Of a stretch of DNA of 64,000 nucleotides, positions 45,469-55,086 are shown in pieces. Numbering within the stretch: the stretch's first letter is position 1; the number at the start of each line of letters is the position of its first letter. Origin of the DNA: Fidelibacterota bacterium (GTDB lineage Bacteria; Fidelibacterota; UBA8477; JABMPR01); the NCBI GenBank assembly GCA_021736185.1, contig JAIPGJ010000001.1, forward strand, positions 141 to 64,140, written 5' to 3'. The notes beneath the pieces were generated by a model, which searched no databases, had not been told where the DNA came from, and saw only the letters and a program-made list of their open reading frames with translations. A program made the position numbers and the translations under genes.

Positions 45469-45484
45469 TTCAAGATAGGTGCCA
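45469..45484 (-). promoter_or_regulatory. Candidate sigma54 promoter (minus strand: TGGCAC-N5-TTGAA) about 45 nt upstream of the GcvH-like/NrfCD operon
   Basis: The reverse complement of 45469-45484 reads CTGGCACctatcTTGAAC. The -24 GG is present. The -12 reads GA instead of GC. Geometry relative to the RBS and ATG is appropriate, and an NtrC-family activator is encoded at the 3' end of the operon. Confidence 0.3.
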
Positions 45485-46069
45485 GAGATTTTTACATGAC
45501 ATAAACATAAAAGTAATATATAGATAGGACGAAATGATGACTGGGAACGCACGAGGCGAAAGTGTGGAGATATTCACCACCCCCATGAATTCAACACTAT
45601 AGGTGGGCGTCACACCCATTTAATGTTAGTGCATAGAAATACAACAGGTGTAAGGAATGCTTACAGTTTCAATCTTCAGGCGAAAAGTGAAATAAATATT
45701 TGAATATAAAAGACTTATGAAGAAATATCATGAAACTGATGGTAATAAAATGCCACAAAATTTTGTTATTCCAATGGCCAAGCTCAGAAGTGAATATATT
45801 TTTAACACCTCATCTTTTTGGAGGTAAAAATTCATGATGTGCAGAAGCTATCCCTAATAGAATAATGATGTAAAACGAATAAAAACAATATCATGAAACT
45901 TGCCATTTTATGAGATGATATGTTGAATATGTAAACACACCAATAATTTGGTCATTTTGATAGCTTACTTCATTTCTCAGTGATATTAATGACTTCTCTC
46001 ATTTTGTTTGAGAGTTTAATTCCATCCAAGTTTAGATTCTTGGACTTAAAATTGTTAGGAGAGTTCATC

Positions 46070-46819
46070 GTGCGACAGTTTATCATCATACTTGTCACTG
46101 CCTCAATCTTGTTGGGCTGGGGAAAAACTGGTCATAGAGTTATCGGTAAAATTGCAGAAGAGAATTTGTCACCTGAAGCAAAAGAGAAAATCACTCAATT
46201 ATTTGGTCATAGTGATCTTGCCAGCCTCGCAAATTGGGCAGATGATATAAAATCTGATCCAGCCTGGCGCCATGCAAACGACTGGCATTATTGCACCATA
46301 CTGGAAGGTAAAGAATATGAAGGTCCGGATGCTGGGGGAAGAGCAGTCCAGAAAGTTACAGAATTTACTGATCTGTTGAACAAGGGAACCCTCTCAGAAA
46401 AAGATCAGAAAGATGTCCTTAGATTTATTATTCATATTGTAGGTGACCTTCATCAGCCCTTGCATGTTGGTAATGGAACTGACCGGGGCGGGAATGATGT
46501 GAAAGTGACCTGGTTTCGGGAAGAAACCAATCTGCACAGAGTTTGGGATTCGCAGCTGATTGACCATTTGCAATTTAGTTATACTGAATATGCACAGCAG
46601 ATTCAACTTGGCATAACCCCTGCTGAAAAGGACACGCTTACGAATCCCACACTTCTCAGCTTTGTATACGCCTCTAAAGCAGTTCATCCCCAGGTGTATG
46701 ACATAGGAGATGGAAAATTATCCTACGAATACATCTACAAAAATCGGGATCTCCTGGATGATCGTCTATTGAAGGCTGGATATCACCTTGCCGCTATTTT
46801 GAACGATATTTTTAAGTAA
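46070..46819 (+). CDS. Secreted S1/P1-family nuclease
   Basis: WGKTGHRVIGKIAEENL, HIVGDLHQPLHV, GGND and LHRVWD motifs of S1/P1 nucleases. GTG 46070 follows AGGAG. The ORF track starts at 45980. Confidence 0.8.
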   Translation: MRQFIIILVTASILLGWGKTGHRVIGKIAEENLSPEAKEKITQLFGHSDLASLANWADDIKSDPAWRHANDWHYCTILEGKEYEGPDAGGRAVQKVTEFTDLLNKGTLSEKDQKDVLRFIIHIVGDLHQPLHVGNGTDRGGNDVKVTWFREETNLHRVWDSQLIDHLQFSYTEYAQQIQLGITPAEKDTLTNPTLLSFVYASKAVHPQVYDIGDGKLSYEYIYKNRDLLDDRLLKAGYHLAAILNDIFK

Positions 46820-47821
46820 ATGAAGCATTATCGCTGTAATTTCCTGATATTGATATTCCTTTGCATGGCTTGCGGGCCAGTGAAGGCAGCTTCCCCCAAT
46901 TCATCAACTTTGGACAAAAAGTTCAGGCTGGTTCTGGAAGGAAAGGCTGAGCAGGATTTCACTGTGGGCCTGGCTCTGGGGGCCGGCGCTGCAAAAGGGT
47001 TCGCTCATATCGGGGTTCTAGAGGCACTGGAACAGGCCGGGATTCGAATTGATATGATTGCCGGTAGCAGCATGGGCGCCATCATCGGCGGTGGCTATGC
47101 CGCAGGTCTGAGCGTTGATTCATTATCAAAGGTTGCACTTACATCGAATTGGTTGGATGTATTGAATCTCCTGGATCCGGTTTTTCCCGCCCGTGGATTT
47201 ATTGATGGACAGAAAATTCATAACTTTTTAGACGAGCTATACGGTCATAAAAACATCGAGGATTTAGCAATCCCATTCTCTGCAACCACGGTAGATATAC
47301 TCAATGGGGAGCTATTTGTACTCAATGAGGGAAATTTAGCCAACGCTGCCCGCGCTAGCTCATCCATCCCCATCATTTTTAACCCGCTTGCCAACAAGGA
47401 TCGCTTCCTGGTTGATGGAGGTATGATTGACCCCGTGCCCATTGATGTGGTTCGATCCATGGGGGCGGACTATGTCATTGCGGTGAATGTGCTTGCCATG
47501 CCTGAAGGAAAATTGGATAAGGCACCTTTCAATTACATGAACGCCAATGACCTAACGAATAGTCGCTCGACATGGCATTTTCCCAGGGGCAATGAAGCCT
47601 GGTATACTGCAGGGAAACCCAATATGGTTGAAATAGCTCATGAGACAGTCATTCTCTCCATGGCGTTAATTGCGGCCAATCAAATTGAGCTGGCCAACCC
47701 CAATATGATTATCAGTATAAACACTGGACTATCTGCCTGGAATTTTCTGGAAGCCGAAATTGCCATTCAAAAAGGCTATGAAGAAACCATCCTGAATTTA
47801 AAGCTGGCAAAACAAAAGTGA
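46820..47821 (+). CDS. Patatin-like phospholipase
   Basis: GLALGAGAAKGFAHIGVL (oxyanion GGxR/K) and GSSMGA (GxSxG nucleophile) motifs. DGG catalytic Asp. Signal peptide. Confidence 0.85.
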   Translation: MKHYRCNFLILIFLCMACGPVKAASPNSSTLDKKFRLVLEGKAEQDFTVGLALGAGAAKGFAHIGVLEALEQAGIRIDMIAGSSMGAIIGGGYAAGLSVDSLSKVALTSNWLDVLNLLDPVFPARGFIDGQKIHNFLDELYGHKNIEDLAIPFSATTVDILNGELFVLNEGNLANAARASSSIPIIFNPLANKDRFLVDGGMIDPVPIDVVRSMGADYVIAVNVLAMPEGKLDKAPFNYMNANDLTNSRSTWHFPRGNEAWYTAGKPNMVEIAHETVILSMALIAANQIELANPNMIISINTGLSAWNFLEAEIAIQKGYEETILNLKLAKQK

Positions 47822-47906
47822 TACAAATCCACCTACCAGCATTATTATTCCAAATTTGAATTGAGGTTTTAGTTGACTCAGTCAATGGTCTGTAGAAATT
47901 AAATCC

Positions 47907-49349
47907 ATGCGCAAGACACCCTTTTTTAAACTCGTGATGAGGACCTGGATCATCTCACTCATACTGGGATTGATGTGGTCATGTAGTTTTTTTGGAGATA
48001 GAAAAAAGGAACAGTACATCCCCATTGAATTTGATCTTCAGGATGAAGTAGGTGCTTTTAATGGGCTTGGTGCCAATGTGCCCATCAGTTTTTACAGTCG
48101 TAGGATGAAAGTGCTTCAAACCTTTAATGATTTGGGAATTAAGTACATTCGGGTCAAACGAGTAGATGAGAACTGGAATGATATTCTGGCTCTCCGCGCT
48201 TCCACCACACGTCTGCGGATCAAATGGATTTATAGTCTGGATGCAATACCCCCTCAATTTCTAAATAAATATGGAAAGTTGATTGATGTCAAAGGCTTTG
48301 CCGGATGGTGGGCTGAGGAAGTAGATGAATTGCTCTATCAGGAAGTGCCAGCTGATTATATCGAATTATTGGATAGCCCAGATCTTCTTAGAGGTGACTC
48401 CCTGGCCCTGACATCAGATTTATTCAATGAATTAATCCACTCTACCAGGACGGAGTTGGATCTCCGAGAATTTCAAAATGTTGGCATCGTGGGACCGGGA
48501 TTGTCATCCCCGGACATCATGGGGGACAGAGAAACCTGGTATATGGATCTTGATCAGGCAGGTTTTGATATGTTGCCATTCTGGTCGGTTCAGAACTGGG
48601 AAAACAGGGATACCAGTAGACAGGTCGTCTCGGCTTTAGCCGATTTGCTGGATTACCTTGAGGAAATTGAATCCAGCAAATCCATCTTGATTTCCGCCTA
48701 TGCCAGCTCGGAAACAAATTTTAATCAGATTCAATATCCTGATCCCAATCAATACGATCTACTGGGCAACTTGAAAACATTCGAAACCTATTACTATAGC
48801 GCATCATTTTCCCTGCCCTATGCATTAAGAGTTTATTCTAATACACTGGACTTGTTAAAACATAAACAGGTCGTGCCCTTCCTTTACCAACTTTACGATG
48901 CACCTGCCGATGTAAAATACAAAAAGCAATCCTGGGGACTTCTGGATCTAAGCGGTGCAGAGAAGCCCGTTTTTTCTATGCTTTCTCAGCTGATGCAGCG
49001 AGTTCCCCAACGCTCCACCATCGTTAAAACCTTACAACCTTCCCCTGCAGGTTTGAATGCCCTGTGCTTTAAGAATCAGGAGAAGGTTCTAGTCACTGTC
49101 TTGAATGAAGACCTTCATTCGCAATCTATCCAGGTCAGCCTGGGAGGTGCAGAGGGCAAGTTGGAATATAAAAATGGCTTGCTCTGTTTTTCCCCAGGAA
49201 TATTTCCCCCTGAGCTGGGGAAAATGGATGTGGTTGAAATGGAAGATGTGGAATTAAAACTCCGATCTGATGGTGATAACCATGCTTATATTTTCACCCT
49301 TACTTTAAAACCGCAATCGATTTTTGTTGGTGAATTTCAATATAAATAA
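47907..49349 (+). CDS. Hypothetical secreted protein or lipoprotein (possible glycoside-hydrolase-like TIM-barrel; unverified)
   Basis: N-terminal hydrophobic segment with Cys. No diagnostic motif recognised. Confidence 0.4.
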   Translation: MRKTPFFKLVMRTWIISLILGLMWSCSFFGDRKKEQYIPIEFDLQDEVGAFNGLGANVPISFYSRRMKVLQTFNDLGIKYIRVKRVDENWNDILALRASTTRLRIKWIYSLDAIPPQFLNKYGKLIDVKGFAGWWAEEVDELLYQEVPADYIELLDSPDLLRGDSLALTSDLFNELIHSTRTELDLREFQNVGIVGPGLSSPDIMGDRETWYMDLDQAGFDMLPFWSVQNWENRDTSRQVVSALADLLDYLEEIESSKSILISAYASSETNFNQIQYPDPNQYDLLGNLKTFETYYYSASFSLPYALRVYSNTLDLLKHKQVVPFLYQLYDAPADVKYKKQSWGLLDLSGAEKPVFSMLSQLMQRVPQRSTIVKTLQPSPAGLNALCFKNQEKVLVTVLNEDLHSQSIQVSLGGAEGKLEYKNGLLCFSPGIFPPELGKMDVVEMEDVELKLRSDGDNHAYIFTLTLKPQSIFVGEFQYK

Positions 49350-49439
49350 ATGGTTTTGTCAGTCCCGACAGGTTTTTCCTCTTATCTAAATAAAAGTAAC
49401 CTGAGCAAATTCCCAGAGTCGGTCTAGATTCATCGAGAC

Positions 49440-50729
49440 ATGGACACATTAACCGCAAAGAAAATTTTTAAGTTTTGGTTGCCTTTGGCTGGGACCTGGC
49501 TCATGATGTCAGTTGAGGGACCATTCATAGCGGCCATCATAGCCCGTCTAGTGGATCCAAAATTTAATCTGGCTGCTTATGGAGTGGCTTTTTCATTTGC
49601 CCTCATTGTTGAAGCCCCGGTTATTATGATGATGACAGCATCCACCTCCCTGGTAAAAGACTATACCTCACTGCGGAAACTCCGCCAGTATACCTGGATA
49701 TTGAATGGTTCCATAACCATGGCGATGCTCATCCTCATCATCCCCAAAATATTCTTTTTTTTAACAATTGATCTGATTGGTCTGCCAGAAAATGTAGCCG
49801 GGTTAACCCATGTGGGTACCATCATTTTATTACCCTGGCCAGCGGCCATCGGTTTTCGTCGTTTTTATCAGGGTGTTTTAATCAGAAACCACGCCACCAG
49901 ACGGGTTGCCTATGGGACGGTCATTCGTCTGGTTTCCATGGGCTCTACTGCCCTGGGTCTATTTATTTTTACCAAGTTGCCAGGTGTGTACATAGGAACT
50001 GCAGCCCTATCAGCCGGTGTGACCATGGAGGCGTTGAGTACCCGAATCATGGTCAATCACATTTTGCACAGGCTGAGGAATGCCTCCGCTTTAGAGGTTG
50101 AACAGGAAGCACCACTAAGCTTTTCATTTATCAACAAATTTTATTTTCCATTGGCTCTCACATCCATGCTCACCCTGGGAGTGCACCCTCTGATCACATT
50201 TTTTATGGGCAAAAGTAACATGGCTCTGGAATCTCTCGCCGTCCTCCCTGTGGTTACGTCATTTGTATTTTTATTCCGGGGAATTGGTCTCTCATTTCAG
50301 GAGGCTGCCATCACCATGCTGGGGGTGAATAAAGAAAACGATAGAGTCGTTTATAAATTTGCTGCAATACTGGGCGTTATCCTTGCTTCTGCTCTGATTG
50401 TGACGGCCATTACACCGCTCTCAAAATTATGGTTCTCCAAAGTGAGTGGACTCAGCGCCGAATTGACTGGCTTAGCCCTGACACCCATTCTGATCATGGG
50501 AATCTTTCCCGCCTCCACAGTTTTGATCGCCATGCAGCGGGCTATTCTTGTGAAATCTGGACGTACGAGTCCCATTACCAATGCCACGATCATTGAGGTA
50601 TTGACCATTATTAGTGTACTCTATATAGGCATTATTCATTTATCGGCCATTGGTGTGGTGGCTGCTGCTTCCGCCTTTTTGTCGGGTCGCCTGGCAGCTA
50701 ACGCCTATTTGTATTATAAAACAAGATGA
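49440..50729 (+). CDS. MATE/MOP-superfamily transporter
   Basis: 12 predicted TM helices. N-terminal WLPLAGTWLMMSVEGPFIAAIIARLVDPKFNLAAYGVAF resembles the MATE repeat signature. Confidence 0.6.
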   Translation: MDTLTAKKIFKFWLPLAGTWLMMSVEGPFIAAIIARLVDPKFNLAAYGVAFSFALIVEAPVIMMMTASTSLVKDYTSLRKLRQYTWILNGSITMAMLILIIPKIFFFLTIDLIGLPENVAGLTHVGTIILLPWPAAIGFRRFYQGVLIRNHATRRVAYGTVIRLVSMGSTALGLFIFTKLPGVYIGTAALSAGVTMEALSTRIMVNHILHRLRNASALEVEQEAPLSFSFINKFYFPLALTSMLTLGVHPLITFFMGKSNMALESLAVLPVVTSFVFLFRGIGLSFQEAAITMLGVNKENDRVVYKFAAILGVILASALIVTAITPLSKLWFSKVSGLSAELTGLALTPILIMGIFPASTVLIAMQRAILVKSGRTSPITNATIIEVLTIISVLYIGIIHLSAIGVVAAASAFLSGRLAANAYLYYKTR

Positions 50730-50872
50730 AGACCTTTGCTAAAATATTATCCTGGAGGGAGAGAACTTCCTGGATAAGGCCTTGATACCAGTCTTAGAAG
50801 CGCGTATTTTTACATTGTACATTTTATAAAAATCTAGAAGACCTCAGAAGGGGACACACAATTAAAACAAGA

Positions 50873-52771
50873 TTGTGGACAGTGATTAAAACAGGGATAA
50901 TTCTATCGCTTCTGGCATTTCAGATGATCAGTTGCTCAGGTAATGCCGGCAAAAAGCCCCTGGCTGAGAACGGTATCCTCGACCTGCGTGATTACAAATT
51001 TGATCATCACCTCAGACTTGATGGGGAGTGGCGATTTGTCTGGAGGGATTCCAGTTCCTCGGCCCTGGCTTCCACTGATGACCACATCAATATCCAGGTT
51101 CCTGATTCCTGGAAAGGTTTCCGTTACAACGGCGCTAAACTCCCGGGACATGGCGCTGGGAGCTACTTCCTGACCATCATTATCCCGGAGCAACCCGCAT
51201 CATATGCCCTTAAATTCAGAACTGCCGGAACCGCATATAATCTTTTTGTGGATGAAAATCTTGTGGGCAGCGTGGGCATCTATTCCATTGATTCCAGCAT
51301 GTCTCATCCCCAGTATGAACCCAAAATTTACAATTTGGGTTCCCTGTCAAATCAACTCACACTGAGAATCGATGTATCCAATTTTGATCACCGTTTGGGA
51401 GGACTCTGGGAGTCGATCTACTTCGGCACCACAGAAGACATTCAGCAGGCTCGTGAAAAACAAGTCGCCATGGCTCTGTTCATGTTTGGAACCATGTTTG
51501 TCATGGGCATCTATCACCTCGGCGTGTTTTCCCTCAGCACGCGTGGCAGAACCGCCCTCTATTTTGGGATTTTCTGTCTCATTATCGGACTGAGAACCCT
51601 GACAACAGGTGAAATATTCCTCCACCAACTCTGGCCCGCACTCTCATGGCAGCAGCTTGTAAAAATTGAATACCTCACCTTTTATACAGGTATTCCCATT
51701 TTTTTCCTGTTTGTGCGTTTGCAATTCCCCGACGAAATCAACCTTCGAGTTAGTCAAGCTGTCGTTGGAATTTCAACGCTTTTTGTACTGCTGGTTCTTT
51801 TTACCAGGGTTGATACTTTCTCCTTATCACAGCCTTACTTCCAGCCTTTTAGTCTCCTGATTATGATATACATCGTCTATGCTCTGGTCCTGGCCTTCAT
51901 CCGCGGTGAAGAAGGCTCGACCATGGTTCTGATTGGATTTTTGGCCCTCGTTGTCACATTTCTGAATGATATGTTGTACATTGCCAATGTGGTGCATACT
52001 GGGTATCTCATCTCACTGGGTCTCTTGATTTTCATTTTAACCCAGGCCTTCTTAATCTCCATCCGATTCTCGAAAGCTTATACCACCATTGAGTTACAAC
52101 GAACCAAGCTTGAGCGTACCAACGCGGCCTATCAATCGGAGATTGAGAGTCGGAAATCAGCTGAGCTAGAAGTTCTCAAGCATAAAGAGCATCTCGAAGA
52201 ATTGGTGGAGGATCGTACTGCCGAACTGCAAATTGCTAATGAACGACTCAAAGAGCTATCCAGAGTCGATGGCTTAACGGGGATCGCGAATCGGCGGCGT
52301 CTTGACGAAGAGCTGGATCGCGAATGGAAAAGAATGCTCCGTGAAAAACGTCCACTCAGTGTGGTCTTATGCGATATAGACCATTTTAAATATTATAATG
52401 ATACCTATGGCCACCAACGCGGGGATGACTGTCTGGTGAGCGTTGCTACCGCCATAAAAGACTCCGTGAATCGGCCTGGTGATTTAACTGCGCGCTATGG
52501 TGGTGAAGAATTTTGTCTGGTTTTGCCTGAGACAGCTGGTCCTGGTGCCATCCGGATTGCCGAACTGGTCAGGAAGAATGTGCTTGAATTGAATCTGGAA
52601 CACAAATCTTCTCCAGTTGCCAAAATGGTGACATTGAGTTTGGGTGTTGCCACCATGATCCCCAATAAGGGAAGTCAACCCCTTGTATTATTGGAAGCCG
52701 CCGATCGAGCTCTGTATCAGGCCAAGGGTAATGGTCGCAACCGGGTTGAGCAAAACCTCACCGAAGAGTAA
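50873..52771 (+). CDS. Sensor diguanylate cyclase (periplasmic domain, 7TM region, GGDEF)
   Basis: N-terminal signal and periplasmic domain, seven TM helices, a coiled coil, then a GGDEF domain with RYGGEEF active site and ADRALYQAKGNGRNRV tail. TTG start in the ORF track. Confidence 0.85.
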   Translation: MWTVIKTGIILSLLAFQMISCSGNAGKKPLAENGILDLRDYKFDHHLRLDGEWRFVWRDSSSSALASTDDHINIQVPDSWKGFRYNGAKLPGHGAGSYFLTIIIPEQPASYALKFRTAGTAYNLFVDENLVGSVGIYSIDSSMSHPQYEPKIYNLGSLSNQLTLRIDVSNFDHRLGGLWESIYFGTTEDIQQAREKQVAMALFMFGTMFVMGIYHLGVFSLSTRGRTALYFGIFCLIIGLRTLTTGEIFLHQLWPALSWQQLVKIEYLTFYTGIPIFFLFVRLQFPDEINLRVSQAVVGISTLFVLLVLFTRVDTFSLSQPYFQPFSLLIMIYIVYALVLAFIRGEEGSTMVLIGFLALVVTFLNDMLYIANVVHTGYLISLGLLIFILTQAFLISIRFSKAYTTIELQRTKLERTNAAYQSEIESRKSAELEVLKHKEHLEELVEDRTAELQIANERLKELSRVDGLTGIANRRRLDEELDREWKRMLREKRPLSVVLCDIDHFKYYNDTYGHQRGDDCLVSVATAIKDSVNRPGDLTARYGGEEFCLVLPETAGPGAIRIAELVRKNVLELNLEHKSSPVAKMVTLSLGVATMIPNKGSQPLVLLEAADRALYQAKGNGRNRVEQNLTEE

Positions 52772-52814
52772 AATTTATTCTTAGCCTGCTAAAGGCGGGG
52801 AATGCCGAATAAAC

Positions 52815-54290
52815 CTATTCGATAATTTTCCACTCAAAATTCCATTTCCACTTATCAAAATATAGATTACCACCTGACCACTCAACTTCACCCCTTTGAC
52901 TATCAACGGTCTCAGAGCGGAAATGCTGTTTGGGAGGAGAGAAGGGCTGACTGATATCATCATTAAAAATGATACGATAGCTATCCATGCCGCTGAGATA
53001 GAACCAACGAAGTTGAGGATCACTACTTTTTCGTAGACCATAGGTGACATCCATGGGAACCCAGCCGTAAGGTTCAAAATAAATCATTCCCCAATCGTGC
53101 ATGCTGTCATCGGGTGGCTGTAATTCCCAACCCGATTGCCAGCGAGCCGGGATGCCATTTATGCGACAGAGTGTGATGAAAAACAGGGTCTGTATGCCAC
53201 AATCACCATGATGATTTTCCAGTGCATACTCAGGGATGCAGGGAATAGTGGAATATTCACTGGCCGAGGCCCAGGGTGTGTTTTCATCGACCCAGGCGAA
53301 AAGGAGTTGAGCTATCTGGTAAGGGTTTTGTTCATCCCCCACGATCTCCCTTGAAAGTGCTCTCAAGCCCTCTGTAAATACGATATGTGGCGCTTCCTCC
53401 TGAAGATATTGGTTCAGGCTCAGACTGTCTTTCAAGGGAGTGACCAAATCAGCGTCAATAGCCTGGTAAACACCATGGGAGTTAAACTCGTACTCCACAG
53501 AAAATTTGGTGGATTCACCAGCAAGAGCAGGCTTTTCCATATAAATGGTTCTTTGCAGGGCATCAGGAGCGGCCAGTTGATGTTCTGCAGGGACAGTCTG
53601 GATCAGATCAATATTTTCCTGACGACCCTCAATTAAACGAGGATAGGGTATCCAGCATTTCACTATCTCACCAGCAGGTACTTCGTCAGCCAGGACTTCA
53701 ATACTCTGCTTGATACGCAGTCGCCGGGGCTCTACAAAAAGTTGCTGCGAGCTGTTGGCGGCTTTAATCACCTGAGCATTGTGTACATCTAGGACCAGCT
53801 TGGCCCCTGAACCTGAACTGATTTCGTCTTCAGGATGTTGAGCAATCCATATTTTTTCCATTTCAGCATCAATACGAAACAAATTGCGGGCAGCCCTGGC
53901 GAAGTATCGTTTCTGGCCATCAATGATTTTGAACTCCAGAGATTTTTCTGCCTCCCAGCTTTCCATGTCAGCTGCAGTCATCTCAGGATAATATTTTTTA
54001 ATATAGTTCTCAACTTCTGCTTGAGTCTGGGTAAAGTCCGCTCTTACCCGGCTTAAACGCTCCATCTCGAAAGTATAAACACGGCGATCCTGCTCTGAAA
54101 GCGACCCGTCATCCAGATAGTGGGTGATTAATTGAGTGGCTTCGGTGAATTCACCCTTTCTGATGGCCTGGTTTATCTGTTCCTTCATATCTATTGAATC
54201 CTCAATCATATTTTGACTCCTACACATACCCAAAACTGCCATGGTAAATACAATGAGCCCTATCTCCACATAGCGTTGCCTGTTGACCAT
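52815..54290 (-). CDS. Secreted transglutaminase-like protein
   Basis: Signal peptide. HGDCGIQTLFFITLCRINGIPARWQSGW...H.W...D has the transglutaminase-core Cys/His/Asp arrangement. Confidence 0.75.
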   Translation of the reverse strand: MVNRQRYVEIGLIVFTMAVLGMCRSQNMIEDSIDMKEQINQAIRKGEFTEATQLITHYLDDGSLSEQDRRVYTFEMERLSRVRADFTQTQAEVENYIKKYYPEMTAADMESWEAEKSLEFKIIDGQKRYFARAARNLFRIDAEMEKIWIAQHPEDEISSGSGAKLVLDVHNAQVIKAANSSQQLFVEPRRLRIKQSIEVLADEVPAGEIVKCWIPYPRLIEGRQENIDLIQTVPAEHQLAAPDALQRTIYMEKPALAGESTKFSVEYEFNSHGVYQAIDADLVTPLKDSLSLNQYLQEEAPHIVFTEGLRALSREIVGDEQNPYQIAQLLFAWVDENTPWASASEYSTIPCIPEYALENHHGDCGIQTLFFITLCRINGIPARWQSGWELQPPDDSMHDWGMIYFEPYGWVPMDVTYGLRKSSDPQLRWFYLSGMDSYRIIFNDDISQPFSPPKQHFRSETVDSQRGEVEWSGGNLYFDKWKWNFEWKIIE

Positions 54291-54354
54291 GCTTAACCCC
54301 CGAAAATTTGTTATTCTGATGGCAAATATATTGGCTGAGAAGCAAATACCCTAA

Positions 54355-55086
54355 CTATTGATTCTTTTGTTTTCCAGCTTCAAAAGGCTCAAGACCTGCC
54401 TGGATAGCATGGTAGGTGGTGGATAACATTTCATCCAGCTCCATCCCCGCAATGGATTCTGCCCGGATCACTGAGCCAAAACGAACGACGATTGGACCAG
54501 GTTTAAGATGGAACGAGCCTTTGTTTTTCATCTTGAACACGCCTGATATGGACATAGGTACGATATGGGCTCCGCTTTCTTTGGCGAAACGAAAAGCCAG
54601 GCGCTTGAAAGGAATGAGTTGACCATCCAAAGATCTCCCGCCCTCGGGGAGAACCGTAATCTGGATCCCTTCCTGAAGTTTCTGCTTGGCCAGATTGAAA
54701 CTTATCAGCGACTTACGAATATTATCCCTTTGAATAGGAATACTGCCCATTCGCCTGACGGCAGACCCATACAGCAAATACTTTAATTGATCCTCAGCAA
54801 TAATGCCGACAAAGTATTGGGGAATTACTGCCTTCAGCAGCGGGATATCGATAAGACTGCTGTGGTTGGCCATGAAAATAAGCGGTTCTCCAACCGGCAA
54901 TTCCTCTGCATACTCAATCTGTGGGTCGCTGTTTAAAAGTCTGAAAAGGGTTTTTACGCAGCGTCTTAGCCAGGGGTCATAATCTTTGGGTGCTTGAAAA
55001 AGGGATCTGACAAGGAGTACCAAGAGAACCGGTACAAAATATCCTAACCCGATTACCCAATAGTAGAGTGAAATCAGACCTTTCAT
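54355..55086 (-). CDS. plsC: 1-acyl-sn-glycerol-3-phosphate acyltransferase
   Basis: NHSSLID (Hx4D) and VLPEGGRS (PEGTR-like) acyltransferase motifs. N-terminal TM helix. Confidence 0.8.
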   Translation of the reverse strand: MKGLISLYYWVIGLGYFVPVLLVLLVRSLFQAPKDYDPWLRRCVKTLFRLLNSDPQIEYAEELPVGEPLIFMANHSSLIDIPLLKAVIPQYFVGIIAEDQLKYLLYGSAVRRMGSIPIQRDNIRKSLISFNLAKQKLQEGIQITVLPEGGRSLDGQLIPFKRLAFRFAKESGAHIVPMSISGVFKMKNKGSFHLKPGPIVVRFGSVIRAESIAGMELDEMLSTTYHAIQAGLEPFEAGKQKNQ

